This document shows positions 7,288 to 16,894 of a stretch of 24,730 nucleotides of DNA, piece by piece (within the stretch, counting starts at the first letter, position 1; every line of letters starts with the position of its first letter). This DNA is from Candidatus Calescibacterium sp. Lineage in GTDB: Bacteria; Calescibacteriota; Calescibacteriia; Calescibacteriales; Calescibacteriaceae. Made by a program: the position numbers and the translations under genes. A model generated the notes under the pieces. The model did not search any database, was not told the DNA's origin, and saw only the letters and a program-made list of their open reading frames with translations. The stretch lies in contig JAVVGL010000026.1 in the NCBI GenBank assembly GCA_032249135.1, forward strand, positions 1 to 24,730, in the 5' to 3' direction.

Positions 7288-8472
7288 ATGATTGATTTTT
7301 CAATAGAGCCGGAACTTTTACATTTGAGGGAAACTGTTTATAAGTTCGCAAGAGAAGAAATAATACCTATTCAGGAGAAAATTCAGCTTGAACTTGACGC
7401 AAAAGAAGAATTTGCATGGCCAATCTGGGAAAAATTCAAGGAGTTCGGACTTTTAGGTTTTCCTTTCCCAGAAGAATACGGCGGACAGGGAGCATCAGCC
7501 CTCGCTACAACATTAGCTTGGGAAGCACTCGGACTTGCAGGAGTAGATGGTGGTATGGTCATGTCTCTTTCAGCACACACAATACTATGCGGTGTACCAA
7601 TAATGGTATATGGAACCGAAGACCAAAAAAGAAGATATCTTACTCGCCTTGCATCAGGTGAGATGATAGGTTGCTTTGCTTTAACGGAACCCCACGGAGG
7701 TTCAGATTCAATACATCTTAAAACCACAGCTGTAAAAAAAGGGGATAGATATATTCTCAACGGCTCAAAGATTTACATAACAAATGCTCCAATAGGAGAT
7801 TTGTTTTTAGTTCTTGCAGCACAAGATAAATCACTCGGCTCCGCAGGAATAACTGCTTTCCTTGTAGAAAAAAATTTCAAAGGTTTCAAGGTTTCAAGAA
7901 AACTTGAAAAAATGGGAAATAGACTCTCTCCAACCGGAGAGATAGTCTTTGAAGATTGCGAAGTTCCAGAAGAGAATGTTCTTGGACAAGAGAATATGGG
8001 ATTTATTCAGGTTGTAAGGACAATTTTTGGATGGGAAAGGTCTGTAATGCTTGCTCCTTCGGTTGGTTCGGCTGAACTTCTGCTTCAAGGTATGCTAGCT
8101 TTTGCAAATCAGAGACAAGCTTTTGGGAAACCTATCTCATACTTTCAAGCAATCCAGAAAAAAATAGTAGATCTTAAAGTCTCAATTGAGGTTGCAAGGT
8201 CTTACCTTTACAGAATCGCATGGCACATAGATAGAGGAGAACTTCCTTTCGTTGAAGCCTCATCTTTCAAGCTTTTCTGGGGAGATAGTATCGTAAATCA
8301 TGTTTATGAGGCAATTCAGCTTTTTGGCGGTCTTGGGTATATGAGAGAGCTCAAACTTGAAAAAGGTTACAGAGATGTGAGACTTATAACAATAGGAGGA
8401 GGAACCTCGGAGGTCCAAAGAACAATTGTTGCAAGAGCAATTTTAGGACTTTCTGGAAGAGAAATTGAATAA
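7288..8472 (+). CDS. Acyl-CoA dehydrogenase family protein
   Basis: 394 aa; PEEYGG, QKRRYL, FALTEPHGGSD, LNGSKIYITNAP, RQAFGKPI, AIQLFGGLGY, RDVRLITIGGGTSEVQR. Confidence 0.93.
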   Translation: MIDFSIEPELLHLRETVYKFAREEIIPIQEKIQLELDAKEEFAWPIWEKFKEFGLLGFPFPEEYGGQGASALATTLAWEALGLAGVDGGMVMSLSAHTILCGVPIMVYGTEDQKRRYLTRLASGEMIGCFALTEPHGGSDSIHLKTTAVKKGDRYILNGSKIYITNAPIGDLFLVLAAQDKSLGSAGITAFLVEKNFKGFKVSRKLEKMGNRLSPTGEIVFEDCEVPEENVLGQENMGFIQVVRTIFGWERSVMLAPSVGSAELLLQGMLAFANQRQAFGKPISYFQAIQKKIVDLKVSIEVARSYLYRIAWHIDRGELPFVEASSFKLFWGDSIVNHVYEAIQLFGGLGYMRELKLEKGYRDVRLITIGGGTSEVQRTIVARAILGLSGREIE

Positions 8473-8477
8473 AAAAA

Positions 8478-8537
8478 AATAAAAAATTAGAAATTGGAAA
8501 TTAGAAATTGAATTGAATAAAAAATTAGAAATTGAAT
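8478..8537 (+). repeat. Tandem heptamer AAATT(A/G)(G/A) run with a 19-bp direct repeat
   Basis: AAATTAG AAATTGG AAATTAG AAATTGA at 8484-8511; AATAAAAAATTAGAAATTG at 8478-8496 and 8516-8534. Confidence 0.75.
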
Positions 8538-8566
8538 GAATATTAAAGAATTTCAGAGTATCATAA

Positions 8567-9886
8567 ATGAGAAAAAGATATAAAATAGGAGTTGTAGGAG
8601 CTGGATATGTAGGTCTGACAACTGCTGCATGTTTTTCTGAACTTGGACACAAAGTAATTTGCTATGACAAAGATGAAGAAAAAATCAAGAAACTTAAAGA
8701 GGGAATAGTTCCTATATGGGAACCAGGATTGGATGAACTTATAAAAAAAAATATAGGGAAAAATTTATTCTTTACAAGCTCACCAGATGAAATTTATCCT
8801 GAATCAGAAGTGATATTCATTTGTGTAGGCACTCCACAATCACAAGATGGAAGCCCTGATATGTCATATGTAGAACTTTGCTCAATAGAAATATCAAAAT
8901 ATCTTGATGAAAATAATTACAAAATCATAGTAGAAAAAAGCACAGTACCGGTGAAAACAGCAGATTGGATAAAAAGAACGATTAGTCTCTACAATCCCCA
9001 AGCAAAATTTGATATAGTGTCTAATCCAGAGTTTCTGCGAGAAGGCTCTGCAATTCATGATTTTTTTTACCCTGATAGAGTTGTAATAGGGACAGAGTCT
9101 GAAAGAGCCAAAGAAGTTATGCTTGATATATATAATGATGAAGAGTTCAAGTGTCCCAAGGTAATGACAGATGTAAAAACTGCGGAGGTTATAAAACATG
9201 CATCAAATTCTTTTTTAGCTCTCAAAATATCTTACATAAACATGATTGCAGATTTTTGTGAAAAAGTTGGTGTAGATGTTGAAGCAGTTGCAGAAGGAAT
9301 GGGACTTGACAAAAGAATTGGCAGAGCTTTCCTGAAAGCGGGCGTAGGATGGGGAGGGAGTTGCTTTCCCAAAGATATAAAAGCATTCATAAAAATGGCA
9401 AAAGATAATCAAATTAGCTTTTCAATTTTAGAAGAGGCTTACAAAGTAAACGAGGCAAGGATTGATGTTTTTATAAAGAAAATAAAAGATGCTCTTTGGG
9501 TTATAAAAGGGAAAAAAATAGCAGTTTGGGGACTATCTTTTAAACCAAATACAGACGATATCCGCGAAGCCCCTGCTCTAAAAATAATTCCAAGACTTTT
9601 GAATGAGGGAGCTTTACTACAACTTTATGACCCCAAAGCTATGGAAAATGCAAAGAAAGTTATACCACCCTCCGACCAAGTCTTTTATGCAAGCTCAGCG
9701 TATGCTGCTGCGAAAGGTGCTCACGCAATAGCAATAATTACGGAATGGGATGAATTCAAGAATGTAAATCTTCAAGAAATAAAAAAGCTTATGATAACAC
9801 CAATAATAGTTGATGGAAGGAATATTTTTGAACCCAAAAAAGTAAGAGAACTTGGGTTCCTTTACTTTTCTATGGGAAGACCTTGA
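8567..9886 (+). CDS. ugd: UDP-glucose 6-dehydrogenase
   Basis: 439 aa; GAGYVG Rossmann motif, CVGTP, KSTVP, SNPEFLREG, GWGGSCFPKD (catalytic Cys), FKPNTDDIRE, DGRN. Confidence 0.93.
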   Translation: MRKRYKIGVVGAGYVGLTTAACFSELGHKVICYDKDEEKIKKLKEGIVPIWEPGLDELIKKNIGKNLFFTSSPDEIYPESEVIFICVGTPQSQDGSPDMSYVELCSIEISKYLDENNYKIIVEKSTVPVKTADWIKRTISLYNPQAKFDIVSNPEFLREGSAIHDFFYPDRVVIGTESERAKEVMLDIYNDEEFKCPKVMTDVKTAEVIKHASNSFLALKISYINMIADFCEKVGVDVEAVAEGMGLDKRIGRAFLKAGVGWGGSCFPKDIKAFIKMAKDNQISFSILEEAYKVNEARIDVFIKKIKDALWVIKGKKIAVWGLSFKPNTDDIREAPALKIIPRLLNEGALLQLYDPKAMENAKKVIPPSDQVFYASSAYAAAKGAHAIAIITEWDEFKNVNLQEIKKLMITPIIVDGRNIFEPKKVRELGFLYFSMGRP

Positions 9887-9908
9887 ATAAATAGATGATG
9901 TTAATTAT

Positions 9909-10712
9909 TTATATCCTTCCCAGTTTGCTTGCTATAAATCCGAAAACTGTATTTGTGCTCCATACCAAAATTGAAATAAAGAAGGCTGGAATTATAATGA
10001 GACGTGGATATATTGAAATTGCCCTGAAACCTTCTTCTGCTAAAACTCCCAAAGATGATGCGGGAGGTTGAAGCCCTAAACCTATAAAAGATAATCCAGA
10101 TTCTGTGAGTATTGCAACTGGAACCCGGAGAATAAGCATAGTGAAAACAACAGGTATAATGTTAGGGATTATATGTTTTTTTATTATACCAAAAGTTGAA
10201 TTTCCTAAAACAATTGCAGATTCAACAAATTCTGCATTTTTTATTTTTACAACCTCTCCTCTCACAACCCTTGCAACCGATGGCCATGACCCCAAGGCAA
10301 TAGCAACTGCGATTGCTATCTCTCCTCTCCCAACTACGAAAGAAATAAGAACTATGAGTATTATATCTGGAATTGCAAGGAAAAAATCTATAAAACGCAT
10401 TATAATTATGTCCACAGATTTTCCAAACCAACCAGAAATTATGCCCAATATTGCTCCTAATATTGTTGCTATCACAGATGCCAGAAAAGCTACCCTTAAA
10501 GAAACTCCTATTCCATATGATACTCTCGCAAGCATATCACGCCCAAGATCATCTGTTCCTAGTATGTGATTTTTTGAGAAAAGCACAAGAACCTCGTTTT
10601 GATCTTGCTCGTAATAAGTATAAGGCAAGAACGGGTAAGATAAAGCAAGCAAGACAAGAAAAATAAGAAATCCCAAGGCAACTTTTACATCAGAGGACAT
10701 AATTTTTCCCAA
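9909..10712 (-). CDS. Peptide/nickel ABC transporter permease, OppC/DppC type (ATG at 10700 is a likely alternative start)
   Basis: HILGTDDLGRD, ARVVRG, EAA-loop EFVESAIVLG, KHIIPN, ESGLSFIGLG; multiple hydrophobic segments. Confidence 0.9.
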   Translation of the reverse strand: MGKIMSSDVKVALGFLIFLVLLALSYPFLPYTYYEQDQNEVLVLFSKNHILGTDDLGRDMLARVSYGIGVSLRVAFLASVIATILGAILGIISGWFGKSVDIIIMRFIDFFLAIPDIILIVLISFVVGRGEIAIAVAIALGSWPSVARVVRGEVVKIKNAEFVESAIVLGNSTFGIIKKHIIPNIIPVVFTMLILRVPVAILTESGLSFIGLGLQPPASSLGVLAEEGFRAISIYPRLIIIPAFFISILVWSTNTVFGFIASKLGRI

Positions 10713-10826
10713 TTTATTTTTCTTTCAGTTCTAATATTTTAAGATTCCCACAAGAAAAAATCAGGAAAGATTGAACACACTGAACTTTTTAAAATTATCT
10801 TTGTTGGTAATAATAGTCTGACAAAT

Positions 10827-12845
10827 ATGGAGTCATCTTATTACAAAAGGAGCAATAGAAAAAAGAAAGATTCATTCAATAAGAGAGTGAACTTTTCTAT
10901 TCTCATTTTTTTCGTTCTCTTTGTTATATATATAGCCAGAGCTGTTCAACTTTCTCTTTTCTCTGATGACCTAAAAAAAAGAGCTGAAATTCAAAGAAAA
11001 TCTGTAATGGTTTTAAAAGGAAAAAGAGGCAACATACTGGCTCAAGATAAAGTAATAGCTGAAGATATTCCTTCATATTCGCTCTGGATAAACCCTCTCT
11101 CTGTTTCAAAAGATGAGAATAAAGTAAAAGCTGTTTATGCAATAGCAAAAGAAATAAATGTTCCACCTTATGAAGTAAAAAATAAATTAGAAAAGAAGCT
11201 TTATTTTCAGTGGCTAAAAAGACAACTATCTCAGCAGGAATACTCAAAAGTTTTAAATCTTATATCAAAGTTCGGATTAAAAGAAAATGACATAGGATTC
11301 ATAAAGGAGTGGAAAAGATTTTATCCTTATGGAGAAATTACCGCTCACATTACAGGTTTTGTCAATATTGATTCGGAAGGACTTGCAGGAATAGAACTTG
11401 CATACGATGATTACCTCAAAGGAGGAGAAGCTAAAGTTCCAGTTATCCGAGATGCTCTTGGCAGAATAATTATGAGATTTCCCCCTCAAGAGCCTCAGCG
11501 TGGAAATTCAATAAGAACAACAATAGATATTGACCTTCAAACGATTTTGTACAAAGAAATAAAGGAAACTATGGAAAATCTTAAAGCAAAGGGCGCTTTC
11601 GGAGTTGCAATAAAACCCAAAACAGGTGAAATTTTAGCTCTGGTATCTTTACCATCTTTTGATCCAAACAGCATTAAAGTTATTGACACTCGTATATTTT
11701 CTCGTTTTCACCAGCTTGTTCTTGAACCAGGTTCCACATTTAAAGTTTTTACTGTTGCAGTAGCTCTTGAAACCGGAGCTGTTTCAAAAGATGATGTTTT
11801 TTATTGCCACAATGGTGAATGGAAATTTCAAAACAAGGTTATAAATGATACCAAAAAAATAGGTTATGCTTCCTTGAAAGAAATATTAGCATATTCATCT
11901 AACATATGTGCGGCTCAAATTGCTTTACTTATAGGGAAAAAGGTCTTTTGGGAGTATCTTACAAAACTCGGTTTTGGTTCAAAGACTCAATTTGGGCTGC
12001 CGGGAGAAGAAAAAGGTATTTTGCATCATTGGAAAAAATGGTATGATCTTGATTTGGCTTCTTTGGGGTTCGGGCATTTTATAGGAACTACTCCTATTCA
12101 ACTTGCTACTGCTTTTTCTGTTTTTGTAAACGATGGATATCTTGTGAAACCTTATCTTGTGAGCAGTATTTTTAACCCTTTTGGAGAAAAGATTTATGAG
12201 CCCAAACCAGAAATCAGGTCAAGAATTTTTTCTCAGAAAACGGTTGAGCTTATGAAAGAATATTTGAGAGCAGTAGTAGTTTTTGGAACAGGAAAACAGG
12301 CAGAAATTCCTCTATATCTTTCAGCAGGAAAAACTGGGACTTCAAAGAAAATAGAAAATGGAGTTTATACGACAAAATATATTTCGAGCTTTATTGGATT
12401 CGCCCCTTTTGAGAATCCAGAAATTATTTTATATGTAGGATTTGATGAACCTCAGGGAATTTACTACGGAGGACAGGTAGCTGCTCCTGTTTTTTCTTCT
12501 GTACTAAAAAACTACTTTGCACATAAAATGATTCCTCCTCCATCAGAAACTTACGCTTTCTATAATAAATCAGATATACCCCGTGAGTCAAAAACAAAGC
12601 AGGTTGAATATAATGGTAGCATATCAGAGAACTCTTATTCTTCTTCTCAGGATTTGAATTCCACTGATGGCGGAGATAAAAATGTTAGAGAATCAGTTCA
12701 AGTTCAACGCATGACTTTGAATGAATTTTTAACCTCTCTGCCGGAGGAAAAAAGAAGAGCGAAAAAAATAATAGTTAATGGATACGGATTCGTAAGTAGA
12801 GTTGAGGAAAAAGAAAAGGAAATTTTTGTTTTTCTTTCTCCGTAA
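10827..12845 (+). CDS. ftsI: Class B penicillin-binding protein, FtsI/PBP3-like
   Basis: 672 aa; N-terminal TM anchor, KRGNI, RFYPYG, GLAGIE, TIDIDLQ, TGEILA; active-site motifs EPGSTFK (SxxK), SSN (SxN) and KTG. Confidence 0.85.
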   Translation: MESSYYKRSNRKKKDSFNKRVNFSILIFFVLFVIYIARAVQLSLFSDDLKKRAEIQRKSVMVLKGKRGNILAQDKVIAEDIPSYSLWINPLSVSKDENKVKAVYAIAKEINVPPYEVKNKLEKKLYFQWLKRQLSQQEYSKVLNLISKFGLKENDIGFIKEWKRFYPYGEITAHITGFVNIDSEGLAGIELAYDDYLKGGEAKVPVIRDALGRIIMRFPPQEPQRGNSIRTTIDIDLQTILYKEIKETMENLKAKGAFGVAIKPKTGEILALVSLPSFDPNSIKVIDTRIFSRFHQLVLEPGSTFKVFTVAVALETGAVSKDDVFYCHNGEWKFQNKVINDTKKIGYASLKEILAYSSNICAAQIALLIGKKVFWEYLTKLGFGSKTQFGLPGEEKGILHHWKKWYDLDLASLGFGHFIGTTPIQLATAFSVFVNDGYLVKPYLVSSIFNPFGEKIYEPKPEIRSRIFSQKTVELMKEYLRAVVVFGTGKQAEIPLYLSAGKTGTSKKIENGVYTTKYISSFIGFAPFENPEIILYVGFDEPQGIYYGGQVAAPVFSSVLKNYFAHKMIPPPSETYAFYNKSDIPRESKTKQVEYNGSISENSYSSSQDLNSTDGGDKNVRESVQVQRMTLNEFLTSLPEEKRRAKKIIVNGYGFVSRVEEKEKEIFVFLSP

Positions 12846-12860
12846 AATTAGCTCGGTTCT

Positions 12861-12892
12861 TATTTCAAATTTCAAATATTTTATTTCAAATT
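12861..12892. repeat. Short ATTTCAAAT direct repeats between the convergent ftsI and pstB 3' ends
   Basis: ATTTCAAAT at 12862-12870, 12869-12877 and 12883-12891. Confidence 0.55.
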
Positions 12893-12903
12893 AGTCTTCT
12901 TTC

Positions 12904-13830
12904 TTACCCGAATGTACCAGATATATATTTTTCTGTAATTTTGCTTGATGGATTTACGAATATCTTTTGAGTTCTATCATATTCTATTAACTCACCGTAA
13001 TAAAAAAAAGCCGTAAAATCAGAAACTCTTGCTGCCTGCTGAGGACTGTGAGTTACTATTATTATAGTTATAACATTTTTCAACTCCGTGAGAAGTTCTT
13101 CTATTTTAGCTGTTGATACAGGATCAAGAGCGGAAGTAGGTTCATCAAGTAAGAGAACATCTGGCTCAGGTGCTATTGCTCTTGCGATGCATAATCTTTG
13201 CTGCTGCCCCCCGGATAAAACATAAGCGTTCTCGTATAATCTATCTTTTACCTCATCCCATAAAGCTGCCATTTTTAATGCTTTTTCCACTCTCGCATCT
13301 AACTCACTTTTACTTTTTACTCCTTTTATTCTCAATCCATAAGCAACATTTTCATAGATTGATTTTGGAAAAGGATTAGGTTTTTGAAAAACCATTCCAA
13401 ACCTCATTCTGACTTTTACTACATCTATATTTTTTGCGAGAATATTTGTTTTGCCTGGATAAATTATTATTTCTCCTTCATATTTTGTGTTCGCATAAAG
13501 GTCATGCATTCTGTTTAAGCATCTCACAAAAGTAGTTTTACCACATCCTGATGGTCCCATTATGGCTGTTATTTTGTTTGCATATATATTCAAACTTATG
13601 TTTTTGAGAACTTTTTCTTTCCCGTAGTAGAAACTCAGATTATTTACCTCTATCTTTACTTTCAAATCACTTCCTTTTGCTGGTTCCTCTTCTTTTTTGT
13701 TTGAGATTTCTTTTTCTTGAACATCAGGTAAACTTGCCAGAAAACCATATGTTTCAAATCCTTCTTTTTGATTTTGATATTTTTGATAAGCCCTTATTCC
13801 TTGATTATATTGCAACTTTTCATCAACCAT
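12904..13830 (-). CDS. pstB: Phosphate ABC transporter ATP-binding protein
   Basis: [73 protein letters not shown]-terminal YISGTFG. Confidence 0.95.
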   Translation of the reverse strand: MVDEKLQYNQGIRAYQKYQNQKEGFETYGFLASLPDVQEKEISNKKEEEPAKGSDLKVKIEVNNLSFYYGKEKVLKNISLNIYANKITAIMGPSGCGKTTFVRCLNRMHDLYANTKYEGEIIIYPGKTNILAKNIDVVKVRMRFGMVFQKPNPFPKSIYENVAYGLRIKGVKSKSELDARVEKALKMAALWDEVKDRLYENAYVLSGGQQQRLCIARAIAPEPDVLLLDEPTSALDPVSTAKIEELLTELKNVITIIIVTHSPQQAARVSDFTAFFYYGELIEYDRTQKIFVNPSSKITEKYISGTFG

Positions 13831-13933
13831 ATTATCTATAAATTTTTCACCTTGATTTTTGTTTCTATTTTTTCAAGTTTTTATGAATTTTTTGTTTTAG
13901 AAATTTTTTTTATTTTTTGGAATTTTTTTATCT

Positions 13934-14701
13934 TCATTCCTTGAAGAAAATCTTATCTATTATATATTCTAAAAGGTCTTTTGCGTATTTTTTTTCTTCT
14001 GAGGTCAAGTTTTCAGAGCTCAAAATTTCTTCTTTTTTTATTTCAAAATCTTTTTCTGATATGATTTCTTTTGAACCAAAAACTATGTAATTTGATGATT
14101 CTCTGCTTTTTACTATTCCTGAAATTATAAAGTATTTCTGCATTACTTCCTTTACTGTGAGCGCATGGAAATTTGAAACTAAATTTATCAGAGCTGTTTT
14201 CTGAGTTTTTTCCGAAATTTTTTCCCAAAACTCTTTTCTGAAAATGTCAAAAGGTGTAGCAGCATTTCTGAAAACATCAATTATTATATGTGAAAAAGAT
14301 TTCTTTGAGTAGTTTATAAAATCTCTAAAATCAGATACTACAAGATTTTCATTTGGCATGTTGAAAAACTCAATTCCTACTTTGAAAACTTCAATATCTA
14401 TATCAACATTGAAAACTCTGCAATTTTTGTTCATGCTTTTTATTATTCTTGATATTGTTCCTCCACCACCTCCCAGCACAACAAAAGAATCATCTTTGTC
14501 TCCAAAAAGTAAGGGTACGAATGCACATATATCCCAATAAGAATATGATAAAACTTTACCCTTCAAAATTAATGAATGTGTGTTATATGAGTCATCTAAA
14601 ATGAGTTTTATCTTTTCGCCGTCACCTACGACCTTTATTTTGTTGTATTTTGTTTCTTTCTCGAACAATATTTTCTCCTTTCGCCAGAATATGTTGAACA
14701 T
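13934..14701 (-). CDS. Spermidine-synthase-like class I SAM-dependent transferase
   Basis: 255 aa; FEKETKYNKIKV, VLGGGGGTI, VDIDIEV, SDFRDFI, IIIDVF, LIN. Confidence 0.7.
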   Translation of the reverse strand: MFNIFWRKEKILFEKETKYNKIKVVGDGEKIKLILDDSYNTHSLILKGKVLSYSYWDICAFVPLLFGDKDDSFVVLGGGGGTISRIIKSMNKNCRVFNVDIDIEVFKVGIEFFNMPNENLVVSDFRDFINYSKKSFSHIIIDVFRNAATPFDIFRKEFWEKISEKTQKTALINLVSNFHALTVKEVMQKYFIISGIVKSRESSNYIVFGSKEIISEKDFEIKKEEILSSENLTSEEKKYAKDLLEYIIDKIFFKE

Positions 14702-14713
14702 ATATTGAGAAAT

Positions 14714-15454
14714 TTAAGAAATTTTGAATGACCTGAGTTTTATTTCACCATCTTCTATTTTTATATATGTCCCTACATCTTTTCCCCAAAAACCCGAGTT
14801 AGCTATTATTTTGCCATCTTTCGTTTTTACTATTGATGGAATATGACAGTGCCCTAAAATTACAAAATCTATAGATCTTTCTTTTGCAATTTCCTCCGCA
14901 TTTTTTATCATGTTTTTGAAAATTTTAGCTCTTTTTCCTTTCGCTTTCGGGGACATATTTTTTTGATGAGATAAATTCGCTAAAACTTCACCTATTTTAT
15001 TTACCGCTTTATCAAAGTAGCTATTTGTAATTTTTTGGAATACTGGCTCTGTTTTCATAACAATCTTTCTATATATATTATGGAAGAGCTCACCGGAGAG
15101 CGTATCACCATGAGAGAAAAAGAAAGTTTTACCGTTGATCTTAATTTGAAGTTCTATGCCTCTTGATATTCCTATCTCATCGAGCCAGACAAGATTGAAA
15201 TCATGATTCCCCTCAATGTAAAATATTCTTTCTTTGTTTTTTGATAGAGTGTCTATAAGTTCCCGAAAAATTTTCTGATAGAATTTATTCTGCCCTATCC
15301 AAATATCAAATATATCTCCAAGGAGAATTATTTTGCCCTTTTTTGCTTGAATAAATTCTATAAGTTTTTTCTCTCTTTGATCTTGCTGTTTGAGGTGAAT
15401 ATCAGAAACGACATATATTTTTTCTTTTTTATTATTATTGTTGAATTCCAACAT
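14714..15454 (-). CDS. lpxH: UDP-2,3-diacylglucosamine diphosphatase-like calcineurin-type metallophosphoesterase
   Basis: SDIH, LGDIFDIW, GNHD, HGD and GHCH motifs; start overlaps the pgm stop by 20 nt. Confidence 0.7.
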   Translation of the reverse strand: MLEFNNNNKKEKIYVVSDIHLKQQDQREKKLIEFIQAKKGKIILLGDIFDIWIGQNKFYQKIFRELIDTLSKNKERIFYIEGNHDFNLVWLDEIGISRGIELQIKINGKTFFFSHGDTLSGELFHNIYRKIVMKTEPVFQKITNSYFDKAVNKIGEVLANLSHQKNMSPKAKGKRAKIFKNMIKNAEEIAKERSIDFVILGHCHIPSIVKTKDGKIIANSGFWGKDVGTYIKIEDGEIKLRSFKIS

Positions 15455-16829
15455 GTTTGCAGAACTCTTCTATTATTTTCTTTGAGTCTTCCTCTGATTC
15501 TGTTTCTGCATACATTCTCATCACAGGCTCAGTTCCAGATGGTCTTACAAGTAAAAATCCTCCCCCTTTGAATCTCATTTTTACTCCATCTATTGTTTCA
15601 ATTTTTTCAACTCTAAATTTCCAAATTTTATCTATACTCTTTGCTTTTTCAATTGCTTTTTCTTTTAACTCATCGTCTACATGAAAATCTTCTCTGATAT
15701 ATTTATGTTTCCCAAACCTTTTTTCTATATTTTTTACAAGATCCCCAAAAGATTTTCCTTCTATTATTGAATGAACCAAAAATAAACATGCACAAAATAG
15801 GCTATCTCTTTCTTTCAGATGTGAACTTACTCCTATTCCGCCCGATTCTTCTCCTGCTATTATTGCGTTATCTTCAAGCATACCCTTTATAAGATGCTTG
15901 AAACCAACAGGAGTTGTCACTACCTCATATCCCCAGTATTGAGCTACTTTATCTATAAGATCTGATGCTGTCACTGTTTTATATACTTTACCTTTTTGCT
16001 TTTTATGTTTTGCCAGATGCTCTATTAGAATAGCAAATATTCTGTGTGCATCTATGATTTGCCCCGTTTTCGTGCAGGCATATATTCTGTCTCCATCACC
16101 ATCAAACGCAAATCCATCTGATTTCACCCTCTTGCAGGTTTCTTGAAGAGGTCCAAGAGTATGAGGAGTAGGTTCCGGTTTACCATATGGGGGGAAAAGT
16201 GGATTCATCTCTGATCTAACTTCAATCGCCTTTTTACCGAATATTCTTGTAGGTAATCCAGAACATGCCCCATGCATAACATCAAAAACTACTTTGCGGA
16301 TTTTCTTTATAAACTTATCTATCTCCGAATCTGCCCTGACTGCTTCAAGGTATGGTGATATAATGTCTTCCGTTTTGATTTCTTCCTTTGAATCTTTTGG
16401 AAATTTTACTTTTTCTTTTTCCAAATCAATTTCTTGAATTATTTTTTCTATTTTTGATGTTGTTTCAGGGGAAGCAGGTCCTCCAAACCACTCTCTTACT
16501 TTGTATCCGTTAAAATAATACGGGTTATGTGATGCGGTAATGGCAACGCCTGCTGAGAGTTTTTCTACACTTATAAAAAATGAAACAGCAGGGGTTGGAC
16601 ACGGTTTGTCTGATAGAAATACTTTCAATCCCTCCTTTTGGAAAACTATGGATGCTGATTTTGCGAAATCAGCTGATAAAAAGCGAGTATCATATCCGAC
16701 GACAACAGATGGGTCTTTAAAATTTTGTTTTATATATTTTGCAACTGCAAGAGAAACCTTCTGAACATTATCAAAGGTAAATTCCTCCGCTATTTTTGCT
16801 CTCCACCCATCTGTTCCAAACTTTATCAT
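15435..16829 (-). CDS. Phosphoglucomutase/phosphomannomutase family protein
   Basis: 464 aa; FGTDGWR, GYDTR, ITASHNP (phospho-Ser), FDGDGDR (metal loop), GEESGG, RPSGTEP. Confidence 0.95.
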   Translation of the reverse strand: MIKFGTDGWRAKIAEEFTFDNVQKVSLAVAKYIKQNFKDPSVVVGYDTRFLSADFAKSASIVFQKEGLKVFLSDKPCPTPAVSFFISVEKLSAGVAITASHNPYYFNGYKVREWFGGPASPETTSKIEKIIQEIDLEKEKVKFPKDSKEEIKTEDIISPYLEAVRADSEIDKFIKKIRKVVFDVMHGACSGLPTRIFGKKAIEVRSEMNPLFPPYGKPEPTPHTLGPLQETCKRVKSDGFAFDGDGDRIYACTKTGQIIDAHRIFAILIEHLAKHKKQKGKVYKTVTASDLIDKVAQYWGYEVVTTPVGFKHLIKGMLEDNAIIAGEESGGIGVSSHLKERDSLFCACLFLVHSIIEGKSFGDLVKNIEKRFGKHKYIREDFHVDDELKEKAIEKAKSIDKIWKFRVEKIETIDGVKMRFKGGGFLLVRPSGTEPVMRMYAETESEEDSKKIIEEFCKHVGIQQ

Positions 16830-16894
16830 AATCTACCAACAAATAATACACTTATTTATTCTTTCTTTTTCCCTTTTCAAAATTTTCTTGATTT

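Noticed and set aside
8460..8540. CRISPR array (ATTGAA resembles the 3' end of some CRISPR repeats)
   Set aside because: Units are 7-19 bp, tandem or irregularly spaced, with no unique 30-40 bp spacers and no cas genes in the window.
8443..8652. 69-aa minus-strand ORF spanning the ACAD-ugd gap
   Set aside because: Antisense to both flanking genes; its SNF repeats simply translate the heptamer repeat.
13831..13933. Pho box or structured RNA upstream of pstB
   Set aside because: Only A/T tracts; no CTGTCAT-like direct repeats and no stable stem.
14714..15454. The missing SbcD nuclease
   Set aside because: It shares metallophosphoesterase motifs, but its size, GDIFDIW and HGD motifs and lack of a C-terminal SbcC-binding region fit LpxH-like enzymes.
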